This document shows, one piece after another, positions 28,135 through 35,346 of a stretch of DNA of 64,000 nucleotides. A program made the position numbers and the translations under genes. Under the pieces are notes generated by a model that was not told the origin of the DNA, did no database searches, and was given only the letters and a program-made list of their open reading frames with translations. Origin of the DNA: a virus; IMG/VR virus record IMGVR_UViG_3300033978_000437; one strand, given 5' to 3'. Within the stretch, counting starts at the first letter, position 1; every line of letters starts with the position of its first letter.

Positions 28135-28347
28135 TTACTCCATTTCTTTGCTAATGATTAATTGTGCTTCTTTGAAATCTTTTTTGGCTTGTTCAAGTAC
28201 TACATTACGTATGTAGTCTCCCCAACGTATTTTTTTGTTAGCAGCAGCAAAAACTATAAGAGCATACTGCACATGCGAAAAAATAAGTTTTATTGGTTTC
28301 TCTTGGTTTTTATCTGGTTTAGCTTTAACCGATTCGTTTTTCTTCAT
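28135..28347 (-). CDS. ribbon-helix-helix protein, paralog B
   Basis: IKLIFSHVQYALIVFAAANKKIRWGDYIRNVV. Confidence 0.65.
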   Translation of the reverse strand: MKKNESVKAKPDKNQEKPIKLIFSHVQYALIVFAAANKKIRWGDYIRNVVLEQAKKDFKEAQLIISKEME

Positions 28348-28352
28348 ACTGA

Positions 28353-28589
28353 TTATCCTTTTAATGTAAGTAAATTAATTGAAGGTAAGTCTGCAGTTGC
28401 TGTAAACACACTTTCAAAATCTGGGCATAGCACTACACACTCATCTGTAATGCCGAGACATCTTCCATCCTTTAGATGGACTACATCTACCATGACACCG
28501 CCTCCTGTGTCTTCGCTGGTTATTTTTTCTATGTAAGTCAATTTGTTCCTCCTAAGTAAGTTGGTTAAAAATGTCATCAAAAATACCAT
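28353..28589 (-). CDS. hypothetical protein
   Basis: ORF track, 78 aa. Confidence 0.55.
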   Translation of the reverse strand: MVFLMTFLTNLLRRNKLTYIEKITSEDTGGGVMVDVVHLKDGRCLGITDECVVLCPDFESVFTATADLPSINLLTLKG

Positions 28590-28893
28590 CAGGCCCTTCC
28601 ATAGCTCTTATAGCATTAGATTGGCCTCCGCTCATTTCGTTCTCGTAATTTTCCCAGTTGTAGTCTGACCTACCCCCAAAGAACGATATGTTCTGATTTA
28701 CAATTTTGCCTGAGCGTAGCTCGCGGTAGCATTCAAGGCATAAATAGTGGTAACGAGACGTTCTTAATATTCTGACATCGGTTACAATGTCTTTACAACA
28801 TGAGCACTCAAAATTATCACTAGAGCGAAGCACAGGTTTAACATCCATCTTAGGCTGCTCAACTACCACTCTATCCTTTTGTGCGGCGGTCAT
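28552..28893 (-). CDS. hypothetical protein with CSCC/CLEC Zn motif
   Basis: ORF track, 113 aa. Confidence 0.55.
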   Translation of the reverse strand: MTAAQKDRVVVEQPKMDVKPVLRSSDNFECSCCKDIVTDVRILRTSRYHYLCLECYRELRSGKIVNQNISFFGGRSDYNWENYENEMSGGQSNAIRAMEGPDGIFDDIFNQLT

Positions 28894-28896
28894 GAT

Positions 28897-29181
28897 TCAT
28901 TCTCCGTGGTACTGAAACAAAACAGCGTTACAATGACAATGCACCGCACCGATGGTCATTCCAGTGTCATGACAGTGATGCAAGTGTACAGGCCATCTAA
29001 AGAAGCCTAAAGGAAATAATTCGATGTCTATTTGTTTTTCCATTACTTTGCGAGCAGCAGCTTTATCAAGTGGCTCTTCGCAATAACTGCATTTTCCTTT
29101 TTGCTTGCTGATATACTCTTCACGCACTAATTTACGCTCTTGCCACGTAAGTTCTGCGTAGTCAACTGGGAGCTTCATCAT
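28897..29181 (-). CDS. endonuclease VII-like (His-Me finger) protein
   Basis: KQKGKCSYC...HLHHCHDTG...VHCHCN resembles Q.G.C.IC...VDHCH.TG...LLC..CN. Confidence 0.6.
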   Translation of the reverse strand: MMKLPVDYAELTWQERKLVREEYISKQKGKCSYCEEPLDKAAARKVMEKQIDIELFPLGFFRWPVHLHHCHDTGMTIGAVHCHCNAVLFQYHGE

Positions 29182-29192
29182 TATTCTCCTTG

Positions 29193-29474
29193 TTAGAGTT
29201 GTGAGTCAGCTACTTCGCTGCCTCCTAAGCTTCTTAGTTTGTCTTTCCAAACTCTGCCGTTGTATGACATATACCCTACAAGTTTGTTGTTTAGAAAGAG
29301 GGGGCAATCTCCCCAATTACCCCCGCCTAGACCTTCAAGCTCTTGCCATTCTTGGACCTTTTCCCTTAGTTCTTTAATGGCATCGGCTTGCAGCTCTGTG
29401 TTTGCAATTTCTTCTTCTGGGTTTTGACCGTGGTCAATATTCCCATAAGCCGTAGCTTTAAGCTTCAACCGCAT
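29193..29474 (-). CDS. hypothetical protein
   Basis: ORF track, 93 aa. Confidence 0.6.
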   Translation of the reverse strand: MRLKLKATAYGNIDHGQNPEEEIANTELQADAIKELREKVQEWQELEGLGGGNWGDCPLFLNNKLVGYMSYNGRVWKDKLRSLGGSEVADSQL

Positions 29475-29766
29475 TTTCAGTCCTTTCTTTAATTTGTTTA
29501 AAGATGTTCATATCGCAATCCAAGAATACTCCTTTGCAATTGTGTCCAGTGATAATGATGCACCTCATGTGCGGGGCTACGGAGTTACCCGCTGCATGCT
29601 CATGAATCATGCTGAAGCTAACTGGGAAGATAAAATCTTCTGGAAGTTCTGCTAGCAGCTCTGGGCTAAGTATTCGGTTGTACCCTCTACTGATTGCCAA
29701 CAAGTTGGCTTTTAGTAGTTCGGGTTTAGTAAAGAAAGGTATGTGACTGTACGACTTAGTTTCCAT
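29458..29766 (-). CDS. hypothetical protein
   Basis: ORF track 29458..29844; start moved to METKSY (29766) with AAGGAG RBS. Confidence 0.6.
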   Translation of the reverse strand: METKSYSHIPFFTKPELLKANLLAISRGYNRILSPELLAELPEDFIFPVSFSMIHEHAAGNSVAPHMRCIIITGHNCKGVFLDCDMNIFKQIKERTENAVEA

Positions 29767-29779
29767 TAGAATCTCCTTG

Positions 29780-29968
29780 TTAAAATTGTTGTGACCAATT
29801 TTCAGTTCCAGGTCTACCGATAGACCATAAATCTGAATACGCATTGTTTACAAATCTGGATTTTGACATTGCATTGAGATTACTCAACGACCAAATCCTA
29901 TTTCTATTCCAAGCTCTAGCAGGGAGCTTAGCATCCCACCCACTTACCATATTTAGTCTTCTTATCAT
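29780..29968 (-). CDS. array peptide 17 (62 aa, MIRRLNMVSGW...)
   Basis: ORF track; ATGA overlap with unit 16. Confidence 0.7.
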   Translation of the reverse strand: MIRRLNMVSGWDAKLPARAWNRNRIWSLSNLNAMSKSRFVNNAYSDLWSIGRPGTENWSQQF

Positions 29969-30150
29969 CTGCTACGCCTCCAAACTTGAGACTGTTGCAG
30001 CATTCTACTCCAACTAAAATTCCACATACATCTATTAACCCAACTCTGCTGCTTCATTGTTGATTTAAACCAGCTTTTACTGTTTGGGCTTGTAAGTCTT
30101 TGTCCGGTCCAGTTTTGAGAAAGTGCTTGTGTTTTAATTGTCATTCTCAT
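29965..30150 (-). CDS. array peptide 16 (61 aa, MRMTIKTQ...VWRRSR)
   Basis: internal ATG at 30150 overlapping the TGA of unit 15. Confidence 0.65.
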   Translation of the reverse strand: MRMTIKTQALSQNWTGQRLTSPNSKSWFKSTMKQQSWVNRCMWNFSWSRMLQQSQVWRRSR

Positions 30151-30347
30151 TTTAACCAATTAAGTCCTTTCCAATAAGTAGTCCAACAATTAGACCAACA
30201 TTCTGATCTAGTTAGATGTCCTATAGCTACAAAACCTTTCCAACTTACGGACCAAGCATGAGCATTTTGAGAAGAATAACTCCAAGTTATAGCTTTTTTA
30301 AAAGAGCTAGATTGATCCGTTGGAAATGTATTGACTCTTCTTATCAT
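30147..30347 (-). CDS. array peptide 15 (66 aa, MIRRVNTF...)
   Basis: internal ATG at 30347; ATGA overlap. Confidence 0.7.
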   Translation of the reverse strand: MIRRVNTFPTDQSSSFKKAITWSYSSQNAHAWSVSWKGFVAIGHLTRSECWSNCWTTYWKGLNWLK

Positions 30348-30496
30348 TGGTAGCTTGCCCCCCGAGAAATAGTCCAACTTTTAGATCCCGATCTAAAGTT
30401 AGTCCAGCCCCAAGACCAGCCATTCCTAGGGGTCTTAGAAAGACAACTAGACTTAGTCCAATGTAAAGAGAAACCATTTATATTTTTTCTTATCAT
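30344..30496 (-). CDS. array peptide 14 (50 aa, MIRKNINGFSLHWTKSSCLSKTPRNGWSWGWTNFRSGSKSWTISRGASYQ)
   Basis: hand-translated; below the ORF-track cutoff; TAATG overlap with unit 13. Confidence 0.7.
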   Translation of the reverse strand: MIRKNINGFSLHWTKSSCLSKTPRNGWSWGWTNFRSGSKSWTISRGASYQ

Positions 30497-30711
30497 TACC
30501 TCCTCCTTCTAGGTGACGGCCAGAGTGCAACCCCATAGTCAGACCATAGGTGACGATGCGCCCAGACTTTAGAGAACGCAGGACCAGAACCCCAGCCTCC
30601 AAAGAATGGAACACCAGGCCCTTTGGCAAGTGTTCCACCCCATGAAGACCAGACATAACTATTATCCCAAGATCCGGTCCTAGCCTGTATTCTGGCTATT
30701 TTTCTTATCAT
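30496..30711 (-). CDS. array peptide 13 (71 aa, MIRKIARI...)
   Basis: ORF track; ATGA overlap with unit 12. Confidence 0.7.
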   Translation of the reverse strand: MIRKIARIQARTGSWDNSYVWSSWGGTLAKGPGVPFFGGWGSGPAFSKVWAHRHLWSDYGVALWPSPRRRR

Positions 30712-30920
30712 CGCTTAGTCCTCCAAAGCAAAGAGCGATGAGCGTGACAACCATTTAAAAACCAATGAGACCAACTGTACTCAAGTTGGTGTGAGTCCGT
30801 GGCAATCTCAGACCACATCGATTCACGGCTCCAAGACTCAGAATTAGTCCTTTCGTTTTTAGGTCCGAGTTTATTTGTTACCCAAGACTTAGATCCGGGC
30901 CATGTTGCTTTCCATATCAT
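30708..30920 (-). CDS. array peptide 12 (70 aa, MIWKATW...)
   Basis: ORF track; ATGA overlap. Confidence 0.7.
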   Translation of the reverse strand: MIWKATWPGSKSWVTNKLGPKNERTNSESWSRESMWSEIATDSHQLEYSWSHWFLNGCHAHRSLLWRTKR

Positions 30921-31096
30921 CTTCGGGTTCTCCAGCTATTTGAACGAAACCAAAGATATTCAGAAAAGATGCGGCACAAACCCCAACAGCCAGCAAAACT
31001 GTTTAAAGATGTTGACCAATGACTCAAATTAGTCCTAGACCTTTGTAATGCTTCAGTCCAGTTATTAGAGTTAGCAGTTATTCTATGCATTTTCAT
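30917..31096 (-). CDS. array peptide 11 (59 aa, MKMHRIT...SWRTRR)
   Basis: internal ATG at 31096; ATGA overlap. Confidence 0.65.
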   Translation of the reverse strand: MKMHRITANSNNWTEALQRSRTNLSHWSTSLNSFAGCWGLCRIFSEYLWFRSNSWRTRR

Positions 31097-31278
31097 TGAG
31101 CTGTTCTCCAAGAGTAGGAACGGTTGTACCATATGCCACTACCTACATCGCTGTGGGTGCGCTGGCGAAACCAGTTACCTGATTTTAAATCGTAATGATC
31201 CCATTGGTTGAACCATGAACATTTCTGTTCTCTGTTCCAAACAACAGATATGATTACTACATTTGCTTTTCTTATCAT
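31093..31278 (-). CDS. array peptide 10 (61 aa, MIRKANV...)
   Basis: internal ATG at 31278; ATGA overlap. Confidence 0.7.
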   Translation of the reverse strand: MIRKANVVIISVVWNREQKCSWFNQWDHYDLKSGNWFRQRTHSDVGSGIWYNRSYSWRTAQ

Positions 31279-31451
31279 CGAGAGCCCCTTCTCCAATCTC
31301 TAGACTTTTCCCAAGTATTAGTCCAAGACCCAGAATCATAATTAGACTTAAACCAAGACCAAGACTCACGCCATTCTTCTGCCCAATCCCAAGATCTAGC
31401 ACAACCCCGAGAAAAAGTCGTAGCAGTAGTACATTTTGTTTTTCTTATCAT
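31275..31451 (-). CDS. array peptide 9 (58 aa, MIRKTKC...)
   Basis: internal ATG at 31451; ATGA overlap. Confidence 0.7.
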   Translation of the reverse strand: MIRKTKCTTATTFSRGCARSWDWAEEWRESWSWFKSNYDSGSWTNTWEKSRDWRRGSR

Positions 31452-31615
31452 TTGTCGGTGCTCCAAGAATAAGACCAAGGCTCAGGCCAAGACCCAGATC
31501 CAGCCCAACGCATAGACTCTGACCAAGATTCAGACCAAGGCCCAGACCAAGACCAAGACCTAGTCCAAGACACAGACCAAGACCAAGAACTAGCCTCATT
31601 TGTTTTTCTTATCAT
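31448..31615 (-). CDS. array peptide 8 (55 aa, MIRKTNEASSWSWSVSWTRSWSWSG...)
   Basis: AGGAGATAT-ATG; purest (Ser-Trp)n unit. Confidence 0.75.
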   Translation of the reverse strand: MIRKTNEASSWSWSVSWTRSWSWSGPWSESWSESMRWAGSGSWPEPWSYSWSTDK

Positions 31616-31794
31616 ATATCTCCTTTCCAAGAGGAAGACTCTATAAAGTCCTCAGTCCATGCTCCACCAATACGCCATTCTTCTGACCAAAGATTAGACC
31701 ATGTAGGCCAAGGTCTATACTTAGCCAAACACCAAGACATGTTCGTGTCCAAAGACCAAGAGAAAGATTGGCCAAAAGCTTTTCTTATTATCAT
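31612..31794 (-). CDS. array peptide 7 (60 aa, MIIRKAF...)
   Basis: internal ATG at 31794; ATGA overlap. Confidence 0.7.
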   Translation of the reverse strand: MIIRKAFGQSFSWSLDTNMSWCLAKYRPWPTWSNLWSEEWRIGGAWTEDFIESSSWKGDI

Positions 31795-31967
31795 CGGAAA
31801 GAACTCCAAGAATTAGATCTAATCTTTGGAAAGACCCACAGGTAAGACCAAGATTTTCCAAAAGGCGTAGCGGTAGATCTGTGCCAATGTCGTGTAAAGC
31901 AAGTTCCCCAAAAAGACAAGTCTGACCAATCTCTTGATCTGGGAATTACTAATGTTTTTCTTATCAT
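31791..31967 (-). CDS. array peptide 6 (58 aa, MIRKTLVIPRSRDWSDLSFW...SWSSFR)
   Basis: hand-translated; below the ORF-track cutoff; GGAG RBS; 1-nt gap after the unit 5 stop. Confidence 0.7.
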   Translation of the reverse strand: MIRKTLVIPRSRDWSDLSFWGTCFTRHWHRSTATPFGKSWSYLWVFPKIRSNSWSSFR

Positions 31968-31968
31968 G

Positions 31969-32151
31969 TTATCTCCATGCTATTCGCAGAATAGATAGGT
32001 TCCAGTTTCGTGCTCCCCATGTAATGCTGTAATGCCAGCGTCCGGGCCAGCCTAGAGATCCGGAACCGGACAACAAAGACGCAGACCAGTACACAGACCC
32101 AGACCAGTTACGAGATAGTTTTTCAGGAGCTCTCGCTGTTCGTTTGATCAT
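31969..32151 (-). CDS. array peptide 5 (60 aa, MIKRTAR...)
   Basis: internal ATG at 32151; ATGA overlap. Confidence 0.7.
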   Translation of the reverse strand: MIKRTARAPEKLSRNWSGSVYWSASLLSGSGSLGWPGRWHYSITWGARNWNLSILRIAWR

Positions 32152-32348
32152 ATGTGGTGACTCCAAGATCTAGGAATGGAACCGACTACGAAGTTAGACC
32201 GAAGTCTGTTTTGAGGCCAGCACCCAGTGTAATTTTGACTAAAATGCCAGTTCCAACTCCAAGTCTTGGGAAAAGGTTTAAGACGAGACCAAGAATAACC
32301 TTGAGACCAAGCTTCAGTTCGAGAGTATAGCAATGTTTTTCTTATCAT
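32148..32348 (-). CDS. array peptide 4 (66 aa, MIRKTLL...)
   Basis: internal ATG at 32348; ATGA overlap. Confidence 0.7.
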   Translation of the reverse strand: MIRKTLLYSRTEAWSQGYSWSRLKPFPKTWSWNWHFSQNYTGCWPQNRLRSNFVVGSIPRSWSHHI

Positions 32349-32554
32349 GCGTTTGTACTCCACGACTCGGACATAGGTATGTTTATATCCATCGCCACCC
32401 AAGCCCAACAATGAGACTCAAAATCAGTCCAAGACTCTGAATGTGCCTCAAAATTTGAATTTATACTATATCCCCAATTATCTAACCAAGATGATGATAT
32501 ATGTGCACTAACGTTCCAAGAGTTTGAACTCCTCCACGTTATTTTTCTTATCAT
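32345..32554 (-). CDS. array peptide 3 (69 aa, MIRKITW...)
   Basis: ORF track; ATGA overlap. Confidence 0.7.
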   Translation of the reverse strand: MIRKITWRSSNSWNVSAHISSSWLDNWGYSINSNFEAHSESWTDFESHCWAWVAMDINIPMSESWSTNA

Positions 32555-32760
32555 AAGTTATCCCTCCAATGCCAAGACTCGTGTCTATTTTTAACCCAAG
32601 CACCAGATCTACCCTGAGACTCGGGCCAAGAATAAGATTTAGCATACTGATGAGACCAAGCCCCACCCCAGCCACCTTGAGCTACAGTTGGCTTCCACTC
32701 AGATGTATCCCAATTCCCAGACCAAGACCCAGAACTTGCAAAATCAACACTTCTTATCAT
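32551..32760 (-). CDS. array peptide 2 (69 aa, MIRSVDF...)
   Basis: internal ATG at 32760; ATGA overlap. Confidence 0.7.
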   Translation of the reverse strand: MIRSVDFASSGSWSGNWDTSEWKPTVAQGGWGGAWSHQYAKSYSWPESQGRSGAWVKNRHESWHWRDNL

Positions 32761-32939
32761 CGGTATTCCCTCCATGCTGTGGTGGAAATAAATTTAGTGT
32801 GAGACCAACTACTTGACCAAGGTCTACCTAATCTATCAGAGGAAAAAACCATACCTTCTGTTCTGTAAGTGCCGCAAGTCCAACTATTGGTCCAGAGCAA
32901 AGCTCTGGACCATGGAGGAATAGATTTTATTATTCTCAT
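32757..32939 (-). CDS. array peptide 1 (60 aa, MRIIKSIPPW...)
   Basis: GGGGAG RBS, 14 bp after the stop of the Sm-like gene. Confidence 0.7.
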   Translation of the reverse strand: MRIIKSIPPWSRALLWTNSWTCGTYRTEGMVFSSDRLGRPWSSSWSHTKFISTTAWREYR

Positions 32940-32953
32940 ATGCACTCCCCTTG

Positions 32954-33271
32954 TTATGCATCCAAGGGAGCGAAGCACCAGCGTGGCTGATATATGATTT
33001 CCACTGCACCTAGGGAAATCACAACAGAGGAGCCGATTGGATCCTCGGTGTTAGGTTGTTCTTGACTAGAAGCACCCGAGGTCTCCACTGCCCTAGCTTG
33101 GGCCAACACCAAGCAGTCATCAGCTACATGGCTGAGGATGCCACGGTAGTTGTAGCGGGCACAAAGCACCGCAACGGGTTGACCCAAGAATTGCTGAGCA
33201 ATACTGGCCATGTTGCCAGCAAGGGTGCCATCGATATTTACCAAAGTTACTTTGTTCTTTACTTTTGCCAT
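32954..33271 (-). CDS. Sm/LSm-fold protein
   Basis: Sm1-like QFLGQPVAVLCARYNYRGILSHVADDCLVLAQARAV and Sm2-like SSVVISLGAVEII. Confidence 0.65.
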   Translation of the reverse strand: MAKVKNKVTLVNIDGTLAGNMASIAQQFLGQPVAVLCARYNYRGILSHVADDCLVLAQARAVETSGASSQEQPNTEDPIGSSVVISLGAVEIIYQPRWCFAPLDA

Positions 33272-33306
33272 AATACTAATTCCTTAATATAAGATTGATT
33301 CCAACG

Positions 33307-33334
33307 AAAAAGGGAGCAGACATTCTGCTCCCTT
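33307..33334 (-). terminator. intrinsic terminator upstream of the Sm-like gene
   Basis: AAGGGAGCAGA-CAT-TCTGCTCCCTT with a T-tract on the minus strand. Confidence 0.7.
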
Positions 33335-33368
33335 AGGTAAACTAAATAACATTAATACCGACATCGAC

Positions 33369-33695
33369 CTAGTCTGCAACTTTGCGTTCACGCTCTGCGT
33401 TGAGCGGATCATACTCTCTTTGTCTAGTGACACAGACCCAGCTGTTAGCTGGCAAGCGGATGTCCGAATGCTCGTCGTGTCCGACTACTGTTTCTTCTTT
33501 AGAAAAGAGATAGATATCTCCTTTCACATTTACATAACTTTCGACCTCGGGCCCAGTCCTGATGGCATGACTGTGACCAGTCACTTCTCCGAATGCAAGA
33601 ATCCTAGATTCGTGCTTTTTCATATCTTTAAGATCCTTTGGCTTAGCCACGGTCTTAAAGAAAATATCACCCTGACGACTTTGAAAATTCCGCAT
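33369..33695 (-). CDS. conserved phage protein (His-rich, putative metal binding)
   Basis: RQGD...GEVTGHSH...HDEH...RQREY...KVAD, a family often found next to DUF6745. Confidence 0.65.
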   Translation of the reverse strand: MRNFQSRQGDIFFKTVAKPKDLKDMKKHESRILAFGEVTGHSHAIRTGPEVESYVNVKGDIYLFSKEETVVGHDEHSDIRLPANSWVCVTRQREYDPLNAERERKVAD

Positions 33696-33714
33696 GATAG
33701 CTCCTTCGTAAAAG

Positions 33715-34341
33715 TTAAGATTCCTGTGAAGGCTGGTACTTGTCAGCCTTCATGTAATTCGTCCATGCTACTGCTTCCAAACATGTCTTCATGGTTGGCG
33801 GTACGCATAAGAAGTAGTTCTTAAATGTACCATCGGGTTCTGCAGTCGAGTTTACTACCTTGACATACAAGGTAGGCTCGGTGAAAACCCTTGGGATTTC
33901 AAACAGAATCCTTTCTCTTCCAAACTGATCCACATCCTTGTGGATAATTTTAGTAGTAGGTAGGGCCATGATTTTGTCTAACCCTATGACCTTCATCCCT
34001 ACATATCTTACCTCCGTATTTGGGTTTCGCAAGACTTCTTCCAACAAAACCGTTTCTGGCTTGGTAAAGAAGTGCGGAGGAATGCGAACTCCTTCGTAAT
34101 AATACAGGATGCTGCCGAACTTGTCGGCATCCATTCCATGTTGTTGACCATTCTTGTACCAGATGATTCTGGTAGGGGAGATGTAGGCTGGACCATTGTC
34201 ACAATGGAGCCTACCATCCTCGTTCAAGATTCGTTTAAGTGGCCCAAACCCAAACTCTCCATTAAAGAATTTGAGTCTGGAAGTCCACGCTTCATATCCT
34301 TGGTTTTTCATTCCAACTCCTTTTAGGTATGAATGCTCCAC
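33715..34341 (-). CDS. DUF6745-like protein
   Basis: LHCDNGPA, YYEGVRIP, N.EVR, VKVVNST.EPDG...YFLCVPP...C.EAVAWT. Confidence 0.6.
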   Translation of the reverse strand: MEHSYLKGVGMKNQGYEAWTSRLKFFNGEFGFGPLKRILNEDGRLHCDNGPAYISPTRIIWYKNGQQHGMDADKFGSILYYYEGVRIPPHFFTKPETVLLEEVLRNPNTEVRYVGMKVIGLDKIMALPTTKIIHKDVDQFGRERILFEIPRVFTEPTLYVKVVNSTAEPDGTFKNYFLCVPPTMKTCLEAVAWTNYMKADKYQPSQES

Positions 34342-35036
34342 AGTGCGTTTGTCTCAAGAGTCACGCTGAAGGTTTCACCAGACCCTGGTCCATGATAGAT
34401 GAGCCCACCATTGTACCCATAGGTATAATACTGGCTATATCTGTATGCGTTTTTAAATGCATACTCGGTCAACACTTGAGAGTACCCTTCATTCAAGTGA
34501 ACTTTCTCGGTGATCTTGAGTTCTTCAACAACCTTCTGATGAGGGTTAATAACTCCTGCTTGGGCATGCTTGTTAAAGCAATCCCAATAGATTTCCGATC
34601 TAAGCGGGAAGTATGCAGAGAAGCTGAAACTGTGTAGACAACCATCGTCATGTAGGATGACTTTCTGCTTAGGTACACCAATAGTCACTGGGTCTTTATC
34701 TTCTGGACCAAACAACACTTGCAGCTCTATCCAGCTTGGATCGGGCAACTCTGCGTATGGTGAAGTGCTACTGTGGGTGAGATGTGCCATTTTAGTAAAG
34801 AAGCTTTCGGCTAACTTCTCTGCAGTGTCGGTTTTCCCCGCATGGTACATTGCAAGGATATACCCTGCGATAGAACCTAAGCGAGTTTCTCCATGCTGCG
34901 TGAAGTACGCCTTGCCTTTCCAGTGTTCTGCGAGTCCATGCAGATACCTATTTAATTTGGTGTTAAGTATTTCTAAGCAGTCTTGGCCATAAGTTTGCAA
35001 TCCTAATTCACTTACTGGGCTTTTTAAATCACTCAT
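34323..35036 (-). CDS. hypothetical protein (237 aa)
   Basis: ORF track; C-terminal YNGGLIYHG. Confidence 0.65.
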   Translation of the reverse strand: MSDLKSPVSELGLQTYGQDCLEILNTKLNRYLHGLAEHWKGKAYFTQHGETRLGSIAGYILAMYHAGKTDTAEKLAESFFTKMAHLTHSSTSPYAELPDPSWIELQVLFGPEDKDPVTIGVPKQKVILHDDGCLHSFSFSAYFPLRSEIYWDCFNKHAQAGVINPHQKVVEELKITEKVHLNEGYSQVLTEYAFKNAYRYSQYYTYGYNGGLIYHGPGSGETFSVTLETNALWSIHT

Positions 35037-35346
35037 CGTTATTCTCCTTTTTGAAAGGGGTTATTTCTGTAAGATGTTTTTCATAATATTTTTCATCTTC
35101 TTCATCATCATCTTCTGGTTCATTGTGATCTTTAAACTGCATTAGCTTTTCCATCACATGCTCTTGTCTCGCCTCCCAACGCTCTATGTTACAGCCTTCC
35201 TGTGGGTTGCTTTCAAGAAAAGCTCGCATCCTATCCACATAAAATCTAATGGATGTTCTAATAAAATCTCTTTCCCAGTGTAGGAGCAAATTGGGATTGT
35301 CATAAACTGGCTTGCTGTTATCACTCATCATCTTCTTCCTCCTCAT
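35029..35346 (-). CDS. hypothetical protein
   Basis: ORF track, 105 aa. Confidence 0.55.
   Translation of the reverse strand: MRRKKMMSDNSKPVYDNPNLLLHWERDFIRTSIRFYVDRMRAFLESNPQEGCNIERWEARQEHVMEKLMQFKDHNEPEDDDEEDEKYYEKHLTEITPFKKENNDE

Larger units (their letters stand above)
29780..32939 (-). other. tandem array of 17 translationally coupled Trp/Ser-rich micro-ORFs (MIRK array)
   Basis: ATGATAAGA start in 11 of 17 units (ATGATAAGAAAA in 8); unit spacing 149-215 bp; 14 of 16 junctions are ATGA stop/start overlaps; most units carry an SD-like GGAG/GGA near their 3' end. Confidence 0.85.

Noticed and set aside
31175-31599. Leu-Gly repeat ORFs (31175..31402, 31396..31599) in the ORF track
   Set aside because: They are shifted-frame readings of the TCTTGG repeats and lack the MIRK start, RBS and coupling seen in the Ser-Trp frame.
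29780-32939. MIRK array as a CRISPR or TIGR array
   Set aside because: The conserved part is only about 9-12 nt and non-palindromic, spacing is 149-215 bp and irregular, and every unit is an open frame with RBS and coupled stop/start.
29780-32939. Array as a product of a diversity-generating retroelement
   Set aside because: No reverse transcriptase or template/variable repeat pair in the window, and the differences are not confined to adenines.
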